In this document: positions 27,995-37,604 of the stretch, one piece after another
Position numbering within the stretch: the stretch's first letter is position 1
Layout: the number at the start of each line of letters is the position of its first letter
Assembly: GCA_963783435.1 (NCBI GenBank)
Contig: CAWANQ010000004.1
Coordinates: 148,560-212,559 of the forward strand
Reading direction: 5' to 3'
DNA from: an uncultured Bacteroidota bacterium
GTDB lineage: Bacteria > Bacteroidota > Bacteroidia > Bacteroidales > GCA-2748055
Length of the DNA stretch: 64,000 nt
Made by a program: the position numbers and the translations under genes
The notes under the pieces: generated by a model
The model's input: only the letters and a program-made list of their open reading frames with translations
What the model was told of the DNA's origin: nothing
The model's database searches: none

Positions 27995-29452
27995 ATGAAA
28001 ACAAATCTGCGTTTACTACTTCACCCCTTATTGATATGCATTTTGCTGGCATCGTGCAGTAGAAATAAGGGGGAAGAGGCCAGGGTAACTGAAACCTTGC
28101 TGCATCCTGCAGACTCATTCTATGCAGTCGGGCTTACAGATACTCTGGTTCAGTACATGGAACCTGGCTTTAAGGTCCCGCGCGAAGTGAGTAAGATAGC
28201 CTGTGAAGTGTATTTCGACCTGGTCCCTACAAAAATGCGATTCAGCATGCCCTGCTATCCCTGCATGGTCACAGAGAACAACATTCACTATTCCAGCGGT
28301 TGGACCGAAACCTATGATCCAAAAGCCTCCAGTTCCTGTGAGATTCTATGGGATAATGAGGCCCGGACAGCCAGGATGTGGATCGAAAGTCAGAACCCCG
28401 CACGGGTTGTTGTGCGCTTCAGGGCAGCTATAGCCGATCCGGACGGGTATATCGGACATTCTTACATTCCCAGCGGATCACCCTATGGAATGGGCGACTG
28501 GACAGACGAATGGTACTATATATACCCGGACGGTATGCACACCCGCCACGTAAGGATCTATACAGGTCTGGCCGGGCAGAGCCTGACAGTAACCGATGAA
28601 CAATTCGAAAGGATGGGACCCATCAGGGAAATTCCTCCAACGGTAGTGCATGAATTCCATGAAGAATTCATCTTCGGCCAGGATGGACATATCCCGGGAG
28701 ACGATATTGACCTTGAAGCCCTGACATTTATAAAAATGGACGGCAGCACACGGACCTTTTCATTTGATCCCTACCCCAGTGATTTTGGAGATTTCACCAT
28801 GGCCAATATCATGGTGGTTAATACCCGATCGGACTACAAACCCTACACGATCTTCATCCCCTATGGCCTGGAGAATCAGCCCTACCCTCTTGAAGGCAAA
28901 GCGCCTCATGTTTTCCAGACCTGGCCCAGCGATCCAGGAGATAAGGGATACTCCGTTTCACTCGGGCATACCCTGAACTGGTGGCATTACAGGCGCAATG
29001 ACACAATCCTGGAACAGGTATACCTTTCAGGCATGATACACGCTGAAGATCCGGGAAAGGAATTGCTGCCACTGGCAAAGTCCTGGCTGAACTATCCCAG
29101 GCTACTCATGGAAGGTCATGAAGTATCGTATACCCAGGCATCCTATGACCAGGCACAGCGGGCATATATTATTCCGGGAGAAGAAAATGGTCCACGGAAG
29201 ATAGCTCTGCAACTGGGGTTCCCGGAAAAATTCGAAGAGGAAGTATTAATCCCGGTCAATATCGTGAATCCAGCCTTCATTGTTCCCGATTGGGGAAGGT
29301 CTGACCTGGCAATTAAGGTCAATGGCAGGGAACTCAAGCAGGGCAAAGAATACCGTAAAGGCTACGAAGAAGGAAAAATGGGTACAGACCTTGTCATCTG
29401 GCTGAATTACAAAGCAAATAGGAAAACCTCGATCGAAATAATACCCATGTAA
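27995..29452 (+). CDS. Uncharacterised conserved-domain lipoprotein (paralog P3 of the recurrent family, no LamG)
   Basis: 485 aa with a lipobox (LLASC). Family blocks ARVVVRFRAA, GDWTDEWYYIYPDGMHTRH, NPAFIVPDWG, VNGRELKQGKEYRKGY. Confidence 0.8.
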   Translation: MKTNLRLLLHPLLICILLASCSRNKGEEARVTETLLHPADSFYAVGLTDTLVQYMEPGFKVPREVSKIACEVYFDLVPTKMRFSMPCYPCMVTENNIHYSSGWTETYDPKASSSCEILWDNEARTARMWIESQNPARVVVRFRAAIADPDGYIGHSYIPSGSPYGMGDWTDEWYYIYPDGMHTRHVRIYTGLAGQSLTVTDEQFERMGPIREIPPTVVHEFHEEFIFGQDGHIPGDDIDLEALTFIKMDGSTRTFSFDPYPSDFGDFTMANIMVVNTRSDYKPYTIFIPYGLENQPYPLEGKAPHVFQTWPSDPGDKGYSVSLGHTLNWWHYRRNDTILEQVYLSGMIHAEDPGKELLPLAKSWLNYPRLLMEGHEVSYTQASYDQAQRAYIIPGEENGPRKIALQLGFPEKFEEEVLIPVNIVNPAFIVPDWGRSDLAIKVNGRELKQGKEYRKGYEEGKMGTDLVIWLNYKANRKTSIEIIPM

Positions 29453-29500
29453 AATCGAATAATTATCCTTTCACTTTCACAGTGCAGGAATCCCCGCATC

Positions 29501-30739
29501 CTAGCGAAGTTCGAAATTAAGTACCTTATTAAGTATCAACGAAAAGGCTCCCATTATCGCGGCATTTAATCCAAATTCCACAGGCAGAATTTGAACCTGT
29601 CGAGCGGTGGGGTGCATACTGTTTTTCTGAACTGTAGCACGGATATTATCAAAAAAGATATCCCCGGCCATGGATACACCGCCACCGATCACGATCAGGT
29701 CGGGATTGAATATCCCGATCAGGTTGGATATTCCCAAGCCGATATATTCCATAGCCCTAGTAAAAACGTTCAGGGCCATTTCATCTCCCTGTTTTGCCGC
29801 ATCCGCGACCATTTTGGCCGTTACCTTGCTGTAATCACCGCCACACATCTCCTGAAGAATGCTTTCCTGTCCCCGTGCCAGGCGGCTCTGTGCTGTAAAC
29901 GAAATGGCCTTTCCGGATGCCAATGCTTCCAGGCAGCCGTATTTTTTACAGCTGCACTGGATATCGCTGTCTTTGTCTATCGTAATATGCCCGAATTCCC
30001 CGGCGAATCCGTCCGTTCCGGTGAGAAGTTTTCCATTTGCAATAATACCGGAACCGATCCCGTACCCGACATTGATACAAATAAAGTTCTGCAGCGTTTG
30101 CCCTTTCCCAAAACACATGCCTCCAAGTGCCATCAGCCGGGTCACATTGTCAAAGATAATAGGGAAATCCACCCTGCTTTCAAGAGCTTTCAGGATGTCC
30201 ACCCTGTTCCAGTCAAAGACCGGGGAGTATTCAACGATCTTCTTATTGAGGTCAACCAGTCCTGCCACAGCAATTCCCACCCCGTATATCCGCTCTTTCT
30301 TCACATTGCTCTTACTTTCAGACAACTGCTTGATCAGTTTGGCAACATCCGATATCACCGCATCAAACCCCTCGTCAAGCCGTGTGGGAAACTCGATCTC
30401 GGTAATGAATTTGCCATCAAGGTCTGAAAGGACTCCGCGTGTAGTAGTAGCCCCCAGGTCTATACCAATTACATAAGTCCTTTTACCGTCAAATTTCAAA
30501 AGCACAGGAGGTCTTCCGCCGCTCGAGGTGCCCTTACCAAGGGATACGACTAGCTTTTCTTGACGTATCAGGCTGTCAACGATGCGGGTGACTGTAGGTG
30601 CGCTCAGCCCGGATTTCTTTACCAGATCAGCCCTGGAAAGAATCCCGTGATCTCGTATTAAACCCAGTACACTAATCTTATTTAAACGATTGATATAGAT
30701 CGCATTACCCTTGGGCATATCATTTTCCACGTAAGTCAT
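29501..30739 (-). CDS. ROK-family transcriptional regulator (wHTH + ROK sugar-binding domain)
   Basis: 412 aa. N-terminal wHTH (SRADLVKKSGLSAPTVTRIVDSL). ROK core (IGIDLGATTTRG, GFAGEFGH) with a Cys-rich zinc motif CSCKKYGCLEA. Confidence 0.88.
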   Translation of the reverse strand: MTYVENDMPKGNAIYINRLNKISVLGLIRDHGILSRADLVKKSGLSAPTVTRIVDSLIRQEKLVVSLGKGTSSGGRPPVLLKFDGKRTYVIGIDLGATTTRGVLSDLDGKFITEIEFPTRLDEGFDAVISDVAKLIKQLSESKSNVKKERIYGVGIAVAGLVDLNKKIVEYSPVFDWNRVDILKALESRVDFPIIFDNVTRLMALGGMCFGKGQTLQNFICINVGYGIGSGIIANGKLLTGTDGFAGEFGHITIDKDSDIQCSCKKYGCLEALASGKAISFTAQSRLARGQESILQEMCGGDYSKVTAKMVADAAKQGDEMALNVFTRAMEYIGLGISNLIGIFNPDLIVIGGGVSMAGDIFFDNIRATVQKNSMHPTARQVQILPVEFGLNAAIMGAFSLILNKVLNFELR

Positions 30740-30756
30740 TTTTTAAATATTGCAAA

Positions 30757-30779
30757 AACTTTCTAAACTTATGAAAGTT
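30757..30779. promoter_or_regulatory. Candidate ROK-regulator operator (23-bp palindrome)
   Basis: AACTTTC-taaacttat-GAAAGTT lies in the 95-bp divergent region between the ROK regulator (start 30739) and the GH29 gene (start 30841). Confidence 0.4.
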
Positions 30780-30840
30780 ATCATATATTTGCTAAAATAA
30801 GAATTAAATCCTTTAAAAGAAGCTATTAATCCCATTGATT

Positions 30841-32658
30841 ATGAAAGCCTTTAGAAAGTTCATGTTTTTGCCGGTACTTGTTTTACTATTCTCGTGTACG
30901 GGGGACAATACAAAGCCAGGTTCACAAGAAAGATACGAGCCCACGTGGGAATCGGTAAGGCAGAATCCGACTCCGAAATGGCTAAGGGATGGAAAATTTG
31001 GCATATACACGCACTGGGGGCCCTATGCAGTTCATGCCTATGGCGAGAACACCACATGGTATTCTTACCAGTTGTATAAAAACGAGGACGGGGAAGAACG
31101 AAAGCACTTCGAGGAGAACTTCGGGAAACTAACCCCTGAATTCGGATACAAGGACCTCATCCCCCTGTTCACCGCGGAAAACTTTGATGCGGATGAATGG
31201 GCCGAGCTTTTTCAGAAAGCCGGTGCACGCTGGGCCGGTCCGGTAGCAGAACATCATGACGGTTTCGCCATGTGGGACACAAAATGGTCGGAGTGGAATG
31301 CAGCTAAGATGGGACCGAAACGGGATGTTGTGGCAGAACTTGAACAGGCTGTAAAAAAGCGTGGAATGAAATATGTGACCGCTTTTCACCACGCGGCCAA
31401 CTGGTTCTTCTTTCCGGTCTGGGATAAACGTTATGATACCGGTGATCCTGCAAACTCAGGATTGTACGGGCAATTCCACCTCGAAGGAGAAAAGCGGAAC
31501 CAGGATTTCCTGGATGAATGGTACGGAAAAATCATCGAAGTGATCGATAATTACAGTCCGGATTTTATCTGGTTCGACTTTGCATTGGATGAAATACCTG
31601 AAGGATATGTCAAAGATTTCCTGGCCTACTACTATAATCATGCACTGGATCACAACAAAGAGGTTGTCGTTACTTATAAAGGACACGACCTTGTTCCCTT
31701 TTCTGGTGTTCGTGACCTTGAGCTGGGACAGGAACCCAGACTAACCTATAACGAATGGATAACCGACAATTCGGTGGATGACCGGGGAGCCTGGGGATGG
31801 GCCAAGGACTTAACATTTAAAACTCCCAACCGACTGATTGATAACCTGGTCGACAGGGTTAGCAAGAACGGATACCTCCTGCTAAATGTGGGCCCAAAGC
31901 CGGACGGAAGCATCCCCGAAGGCGCCAGGGAAGTACTGCTCGCAATGGGTGAATGGCTTGAGATAAACGGCGAGGCAATCTATGAAACAACTCCCTGGAT
32001 CATCGCGGGTGAGGGTCCGGTGAACCTGGGCGAAGCCTCAGACATTGGCTTTAATGAATCTGGTGTCGAATATACTGCCAGGGATATACGTTTTACCATG
32101 AAAGGCGACAATCTTTATGCAACGCTGCTGGACTGGCCAGGAAAAATGGTCCTGATCACTACCCTGAGAGGAGTCCGGGAGGCAGCGGAAGTCGATGAAG
32201 AAGAGGACCAACTGCTGGTAGAACTGACAGCTGAAGACAGGAAAGTAGAAGGTAAAACCATTTCGGCAGAATTGGAAGGGGATGTATATACCTTTACATT
32301 CAAGGCTGAGGGTGAGGGATTTGTCTGCGGAGGCATTGCAGGAGAAGGTATAATCTTTGAATATGAGCAGGAAGGAACAGAGATCTGGATCGGCATCGAA
32401 GATGATGACTTCGAGGCCTACTATGACGGGGTGAATTTTGAAATAGAAGCCGATGCCGGTGTACAAAGTTATCCCGGATTTTATAAGGAGGAGATCAAAC
32501 GGATAACAATGCTTGGCGATGGCAGGGAACTGGAATGGGAACTCACGCCCAAAGGCCTTAGGGTGGTGTTACCCGAAGAGAAACCCTGCGATCACGCCTG
32601 GGTATTGAAGATTGAGAGATACCATCACCCCAAACTGTCAGAAATGAAAACAGATTAA
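30841..32658 (+). CDS. GH29 alpha-L-fucosidase with a C-terminal extension
   Basis: GH29 blocks IYTHWGPYAVHAYG, WAELFQKAGARWAGPVAEHHDGFAMWDT, GPKRDV, SPDFIWFD. The extra ~170-aa C-terminal region includes an acidic stretch (EVDEEEDQ). The track start at 30835 is TTG; the ATG at 30841 gives MKAFRKFMFLPVLVLLFSC. Confidence 0.9.
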   Translation: MKAFRKFMFLPVLVLLFSCTGDNTKPGSQERYEPTWESVRQNPTPKWLRDGKFGIYTHWGPYAVHAYGENTTWYSYQLYKNEDGEERKHFEENFGKLTPEFGYKDLIPLFTAENFDADEWAELFQKAGARWAGPVAEHHDGFAMWDTKWSEWNAAKMGPKRDVVAELEQAVKKRGMKYVTAFHHAANWFFFPVWDKRYDTGDPANSGLYGQFHLEGEKRNQDFLDEWYGKIIEVIDNYSPDFIWFDFALDEIPEGYVKDFLAYYYNHALDHNKEVVVTYKGHDLVPFSGVRDLELGQEPRLTYNEWITDNSVDDRGAWGWAKDLTFKTPNRLIDNLVDRVSKNGYLLLNVGPKPDGSIPEGAREVLLAMGEWLEINGEAIYETTPWIIAGEGPVNLGEASDIGFNESGVEYTARDIRFTMKGDNLYATLLDWPGKMVLITTLRGVREAAEVDEEEDQLLVELTAEDRKVEGKTISAELEGDVYTFTFKAEGEGFVCGGIAGEGIIFEYEQEGTEIWIGIEDDDFEAYYDGVNFEIEADAGVQSYPGFYKEEIKRITMLGDGRELEWELTPKGLRVVLPEEKPCDHAWVLKIERYHHPKLSEMKTD

Positions 32659-32703
32659 TTCCAAGCTATTGCCCTTGAGAAAACAATAGTGTAGTTTGAA
32701 TAA

Positions 32704-33029
32704 GGCGGGGCGGCAGCCCCCCCCGAACACCTGCCGCCCCGCCTGCCCAGCGCCGCAGGGCGCAAAAAGGCTTCAACTTCCAGGGAACTCGCTCTAATTC
32801 TGGGCACTTCTCTTTGAAGATCAGGCTGAAGCCTCCAAAAAACCAATCCGATCAACCTTTTTCGAGAGAGAAGAAGGTTGATCCGGATGGTTACAGGGCG
32901 GTTTCGGCCGGAACTTCCTTGAAATTGGTTTGGATCCCGGGAAAGATTCCTTTCAAAAAAATAACGACAAGAGCATTCCGCGCTTGCCCAGACACCTCAA
33001 GCACCCCGTAAATTTCCTGATTTCCTGCG
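32704..33029 (-). repeat. GC-rich structured interspersed repeat, copy A (full length, hairpin-terminated)
   Basis: ~85% identical (by eye) to the reverse complement of 61511..61750; its hairpin end matches the reverse complement of 62240..62375. It ends in a 13-bp GC hairpin GGCGGGGCGGCAG-N14-CTGCCGCCCCGCC (32704..32743), followed on the minus strand by TTATTCAAA. It carries a 65-nt extra hairpin (~32840..32900) that copy B lacks. Confidence 0.8.
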
Positions 33030-33130
33030 CGCGGGCAGAAGTTTCAAAGCCTGAGTTTGCTCTTTTCAGAAAGAAGAGTGCCCAAAGGGCGCGTTGTTTG
33101 AAATGGGCAAACCTGGCGGAGGAACTTTTA

Positions 33131-34600
33131 TTACTTTATAGCATCTTCTAATAAGTCCTGTTTATTAGCTGGCAATTGTTTAAAGACAGTGGCAGGTGGA
33201 ATGTTTTCATTAAACCATGTAGCTACATTATAAGGTAGAATCCTTTGTCCTTTCCATGGAATCATGTCTTCTTGAACATCCATCCTCCGGTTATTAACAA
33301 GCTGTTTCATCATTTCAAGGGCTTCTTTATTTTCATCTACCAAATTTTTTGTTTCATTAGGGTCATCAATAAGATTATAAAGTTCATAAGTCTTTATTTT
33401 ACGAGTCTTTAGGTAAGCTTGAAATGATGTTCCGGGCGTATAATCTTCAAAATAAGCATACACTTTCCAATCTCCATGACGAATAGCCATATGTTTTACA
33501 GCCATCCAAACAGGAGGTTTTTCACGATTCAGCTTTTCTCCCTCAATTGCAGGAAGCATACTTACACCATCAAGTGGGTCCTGGCTCATAGGCTCCATCC
33601 CAAAAAGGTTGTAGAAAGTAGGTACAAAATCAAAAAAGACTAAGGGTTCATTTATGGTTTTACCTCCTTCAAGTTTTCCTTTCCAATACATAACAGAAGG
33701 AACCCTATATCCTCCTTCATATAATTGACCTTTTCTTCCTCTTAGTCCATTAGTAGAACGACCTTCTAAATTCTTTGGACCATTGTCAGAGGTAAAGGTT
33801 ATCCATGAATTATTAGCTAGTTTGTTTTCATTTAAATAATTCATAAATCTACCTATCTGGAAATCCATATGATCTATGTTGGCATAGTACTCACCTGCTA
33901 TTTCGCCATATTTTTCATATTTCTTTGTAAAAGATTTTGGTTGAGCTAATACACGATGTGGTTCATGAAACCATAGTACCAGAAAAAAAGGTGTTGATTT
34001 ATCCTTTCTACTAGTTAACCATTCCATGGCATTATCAATAACAATCTGTGAACTGTACCCTTCTATTTTGCCTTCTGACTTACCATTTCTATAAAAATTT
34101 GTCGGATTTTTATGCGAAGGTTTTGCATTATTATGTGTAGCTAACCAATAATCAAAGCCTTGATCGTTAGGAAATGGCTGTGACTTATCCTCCATATCAC
34201 CTATTAGCCCCCATTTACCAAAAAAAGCAGTTTCATAACCTTGTTTTTTGCATATTTCAGCCAGTGTTACCTGCTCATCCCTCAAATGAACACATGAATT
34301 ATCGGGAATAAACGTACAGATGTTATTTCGAAAAGGAGTACGACCTGTCATCATACCTGCCCTGCTTGGCGAACAAGTAGGATGACCTGAATAAAATTGA
34401 GTAAATTTAACTCCATTGGAAGCTAATTGGTCAATGTTTGGAGTCTCGATTATTTTATTACCAAAACAGCCCACATCTCCATACCCTAGATCATCTGCCA
34501 TCATAATAATGATGTTAGGTTTCTCCTGACCTGTGATTTTATTACACGCAAGACAGATAGCACATATCACTATCATAAGAAGGATTTTGCGGATTTTCAT
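33131..34600 (-). CDS. S1 sulfatase (Cys-type)
   Basis: 489 aa with a signal peptide. NIIIMMADDLGYGD, FGly motif TCSPSRAGMMTGR, FTSDNGP. Confidence 0.92.
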   Translation of the reverse strand: MKIRKILLMIVICAICLACNKITGQEKPNIIIMMADDLGYGDVGCFGNKIIETPNIDQLASNGVKFTQFYSGHPTCSPSRAGMMTGRTPFRNNICTFIPDNSCVHLRDEQVTLAEICKKQGYETAFFGKWGLIGDMEDKSQPFPNDQGFDYWLATHNNAKPSHKNPTNFYRNGKSEGKIEGYSSQIVIDNAMEWLTSRKDKSTPFFLVLWFHEPHRVLAQPKSFTKKYEKYGEIAGEYYANIDHMDFQIGRFMNYLNENKLANNSWITFTSDNGPKNLEGRSTNGLRGRKGQLYEGGYRVPSVMYWKGKLEGGKTINEPLVFFDFVPTFYNLFGMEPMSQDPLDGVSMLPAIEGEKLNREKPPVWMAVKHMAIRHGDWKVYAYFEDYTPGTSFQAYLKTRKIKTYELYNLIDDPNETKNLVDENKEALEMMKQLVNNRRMDVQEDMIPWKGQRILPYNVATWFNENIPPATVFKQLPANKQDLLEDAIK

Positions 34601-34746
34601 AATTATTAATTTTGTTTCAAAAGTGCATATTTTCTTTTGTTAGAATTAATGCTTTTAAATCTATTGATTTGTTAATTTCAGACACATTGAAAGTAAGCTT
34701 GTTAATCCCTTCTGAAAATGAATAGTAATTACTTCATCATCTGGTT

Positions 34747-36087
34747 CTATTTTTGCCACGGAATTGTACCGGCTTTCCTAATGTGTTCCTGCAACTGGAT
34801 TCGTAGCTTTTTATACACCTCTTCACCCGAAGTATTCAAAGCGCTTTTTTCAAATTCATCATTTTTTATATTAAAATATTGAATAGGCTCAAAGGGTGTA
34901 TTTTGCAATATTTTGAAATCCTGATAGCGAGCTGAATAATAGGCTTGTCCTCCATAATAAATTCCTCCATCTCTGCGAACCCAAAACACATATCGATCGC
35001 TGGTAACTTGTTCCTTCCCCAGTAAAGTTGGTAAAATACTGATTCCATCAATTTCATTTAACTTTTCAACGTTTGCCACTTCACAAAATGTGGGAAATAA
35101 ATCCATTAGCATTGCAAAATTATTGCTTGCAGTACCCGGCTCAATTCTGTTTTTCCAGTAAAAGAAAGCTGGCACCCGAATTCCACCTTCATACATATCC
35201 TGTTTTCCACCCCTTAACAAACCATTGCTTTGAGCGTAGGCAAGTGCACCGCCATTATCAGAAGTAAATACCACTAAGGTATTTTCTTCCAATTTGTTTT
35301 CTTTAAGTGCTTGCATCACCCGACCTATATTAAAATCCAGGTGCTCAATCAAGGCTACATTTTTAGCTCTCTTTTCAGTGATATCAGTTTCCCGATCCCT
35401 TACCTTATTTAACCATTCCTGGGGTGGTTGTATTGGGAAATGAGGGGCATTGTAAGCGAGGTACAGAAAAAACGGCTTGTCTTCATTCTCTCGTTTATTT
35501 AAATAGTTAATTGCCCAATCAGTAAAGATATCCGTGGCATGGCCTTTCGGATTAATTTCTTTGTCATTATATCTCATCCAGTTAACACCACCCCTTAGAT
35601 GAGTCCAGTAATCATCCATCATATCTCCAAGGAATCCCTTAAAAAGATCGAATCCTTTTCCATTAGGAGTATTCGGGCTTTCAAACCCTAAATGCCATTT
35701 TCCAATCATTGCTGTATGATACCCCCCGGCTTTCAACACCGTTGGAATAAAAGTCACATCTTCCAATAAGTGTCCCCAGTTATTATTATTATTCTGCCTG
35801 ATAACTCCAGGAACACCTACCATATCAGGATATCGTCCTGATAAAAGAGATGCCCTGCTTGGTGAACAAACCGTACTATTTGCATAAAAATGTGTAAAAG
35901 TGATTCCTTCCTTGGCCAGATTATCAATATTCGGGGTTTGCATATCGGTGGCACCTTGTATTGATAGGTCTCCATAACCAAGGTCATCTACTAAAATACA
36001 TATGATATTGGGCTTTTCTGATTTCTGTGCATGACAAAGCCCTGATAATTGTAAACCCGTTAAAATCAATAAAACAAGATTCTTCAT
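34747..36087 (-). CDS. S1 sulfatase (Cys-type)
   Basis: 446 aa with a signal peptide. NIICILVDDLGYGD, VCSPSRASLLSGR, FTSDNGG. Confidence 0.92.
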   Translation of the reverse strand: MKNLVLLILTGLQLSGLCHAQKSEKPNIICILVDDLGYGDLSIQGATDMQTPNIDNLAKEGITFTHFYANSTVCSPSRASLLSGRYPDMVGVPGVIRQNNNNNWGHLLEDVTFIPTVLKAGGYHTAMIGKWHLGFESPNTPNGKGFDLFKGFLGDMMDDYWTHLRGGVNWMRYNDKEINPKGHATDIFTDWAINYLNKRENEDKPFFLYLAYNAPHFPIQPPQEWLNKVRDRETDITEKRAKNVALIEHLDFNIGRVMQALKENKLEENTLVVFTSDNGGALAYAQSNGLLRGGKQDMYEGGIRVPAFFYWKNRIEPGTASNNFAMLMDLFPTFCEVANVEKLNEIDGISILPTLLGKEQVTSDRYVFWVRRDGGIYYGGQAYYSARYQDFKILQNTPFEPIQYFNIKNDEFEKSALNTSGEEVYKKLRIQLQEHIRKAGTIPWQK

Positions 36088-36121
36088 TTGTTTATTTTCA
36101 AGTTAAAACTCAAATGGAGTC

Positions 36122-37450
36122 TTATGGAATTAATTGTTTTTTACTGCGATCCGAATATATAGTCAGTGCTTTTTCTAATGACCTGTATGCTTGTTTTTCT
36201 TCCTTGCTAAGGTTTTCAATAACGAGCGATTTTTTTTTATAAAAATCATCTTTCACATTATAAAATTCACCTGTAGAGTATAGTTTATATTCTGTATTCC
36301 TGGCAAATTCTATTAACTCCTCTGTTCTACCATGAGGGGAATACCAACTATAAATCCATTCTCTGGGATTTCCCGTCTTTCCAAGAAGTTGAGGGAAGAA
36401 ACTAATTCCATCAACATGAAGATTAGATGGAATCTCAATTTTAGCTGCATCACATATTGTTGGTAAAAAATCACTAAAATCAACAAAATCGAAGCATTCT
36501 ATATTGGCATCAACAGTACCATCCCACCTCACTATTAAAGGTACGTGAGTGCCATTATCAGTAGTGTATTTTTTGCCTCCCGGATACTTGTTGCCCCTAA
36601 GCATCGAAACTATGGGCTGGTCGGTTCCATTATCACCAGTAAAAATAATAAGTGTGTTTTCACCAAGCCCTAATTCATCAATTTTTGAAACAACCTTCCC
36701 AACCAGCTTATCCATATAGGAAACCATGTCAGGAAAATAAACTGGCTTTCCCTTGTAATCCGTTGCGCCCTTGCTTTGTGAATCCCAATCTTTCGAGTTG
36801 GGTGTTGGACTGAAAGGGCAATGTGTAAGCATCATTGGATAGTATGCGAAAAAAGATTGATTTTTGTTTTTTTCAATGAAATCACAAATGAAATCACTTG
36901 CAATATCGGGACCATATTCGCCATCTTTAAAGTGTTTTACTTCACCTTTAAATTCCAAAATTGGATTTGAGAATCGGGTATCATGACCAGCAGTATCAGT
37001 TCTTGGAAATGATTGCTGCCAAAGGCATGACTCCTCAAAGCCAAAATGTTGGGGAGAATCCTTTTCTTTACCTAACTGCCATTTGCCAGCTATAACAGTT
37101 CTGTAACCTGCATTTTTAAAAAGATTTCCAAAACTTATCTGACTTCTATCAAGTTCGCCAAATTGCGTGTAATTTCTATCATTGTATATACCTGTCATGA
37201 TCTGTACCCTTGAAGGAGTGCATACTGGTTGTGCATGGCAATTCTCAAACCTCATACCTTGCAATGCAAGTTTGTCTATATTTGGTGTTTGATAAGATGT
37301 ACCTCCGTTTGCGGTTATACACTCGAATCCCAAATCATCTGCCAATATCAGCACAATATTCAGGCACTTATCCTGAGCTTCGACATTTGAGCTAAAAACC
37401 AGACATAAAGTCGTCGTAATAATAGATTGTGTAATACGTTTCACATTCAT
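36122..37450 (-). CDS. S1 sulfatase (Cys-type)
   Basis: 442 aa with a signal peptide. NIVLILADDLG, VCTPSRVQIMTG, FTGDNGT. Confidence 0.9.
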   Translation of the reverse strand: MNVKRITQSIITTTLCLVFSSNVEAQDKCLNIVLILADDLGFECITANGGTSYQTPNIDKLALQGMRFENCHAQPVCTPSRVQIMTGIYNDRNYTQFGELDRSQISFGNLFKNAGYRTVIAGKWQLGKEKDSPQHFGFEESCLWQQSFPRTDTAGHDTRFSNPILEFKGEVKHFKDGEYGPDIASDFICDFIEKNKNQSFFAYYPMMLTHCPFSPTPNSKDWDSQSKGATDYKGKPVYFPDMVSYMDKLVGKVVSKIDELGLGENTLIIFTGDNGTDQPIVSMLRGNKYPGGKKYTTDNGTHVPLIVRWDGTVDANIECFDFVDFSDFLPTICDAAKIEIPSNLHVDGISFFPQLLGKTGNPREWIYSWYSPHGRTEELIEFARNTEYKLYSTGEFYNVKDDFYKKKSLVIENLSKEEKQAYRSLEKALTIYSDRSKKQLIP

Positions 37451-37561
37451 ATCTTATTATTATTTACTCGTTTAGCTAATGTCGATTGTTTAATGTCCTA
37501 CAACTCTGTTAAAAGTTCTGTAAAATCAAACGATCAAACTCTGAATTATGAATTATTCAAA

Positions 37562-37597
37562 GTAGCCCGAGAGAAAGAGTGAACATACTCGAGCTAC
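37562..37597 (-). terminator. Weak candidate terminator hairpin downstream of sulfatase 37605..39032
   Basis: GTAGCcCGAG-N16-CTCGaGCTAC (one mismatch). On the minus strand it is followed by TTTGAATAATT. Confidence 0.3.
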
Positions 37598-37604
37598 AAT
37601 TTTC

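Noticed and set aside
32704-32743. The GC-rich palindromic repeat considered as a possible CRISPR repeat.
   Set aside because: There are only three copies, tens of kb apart or irregularly spaced, embedded in longer homologous elements. There is no repeat-spacer periodicity and no cas genes.
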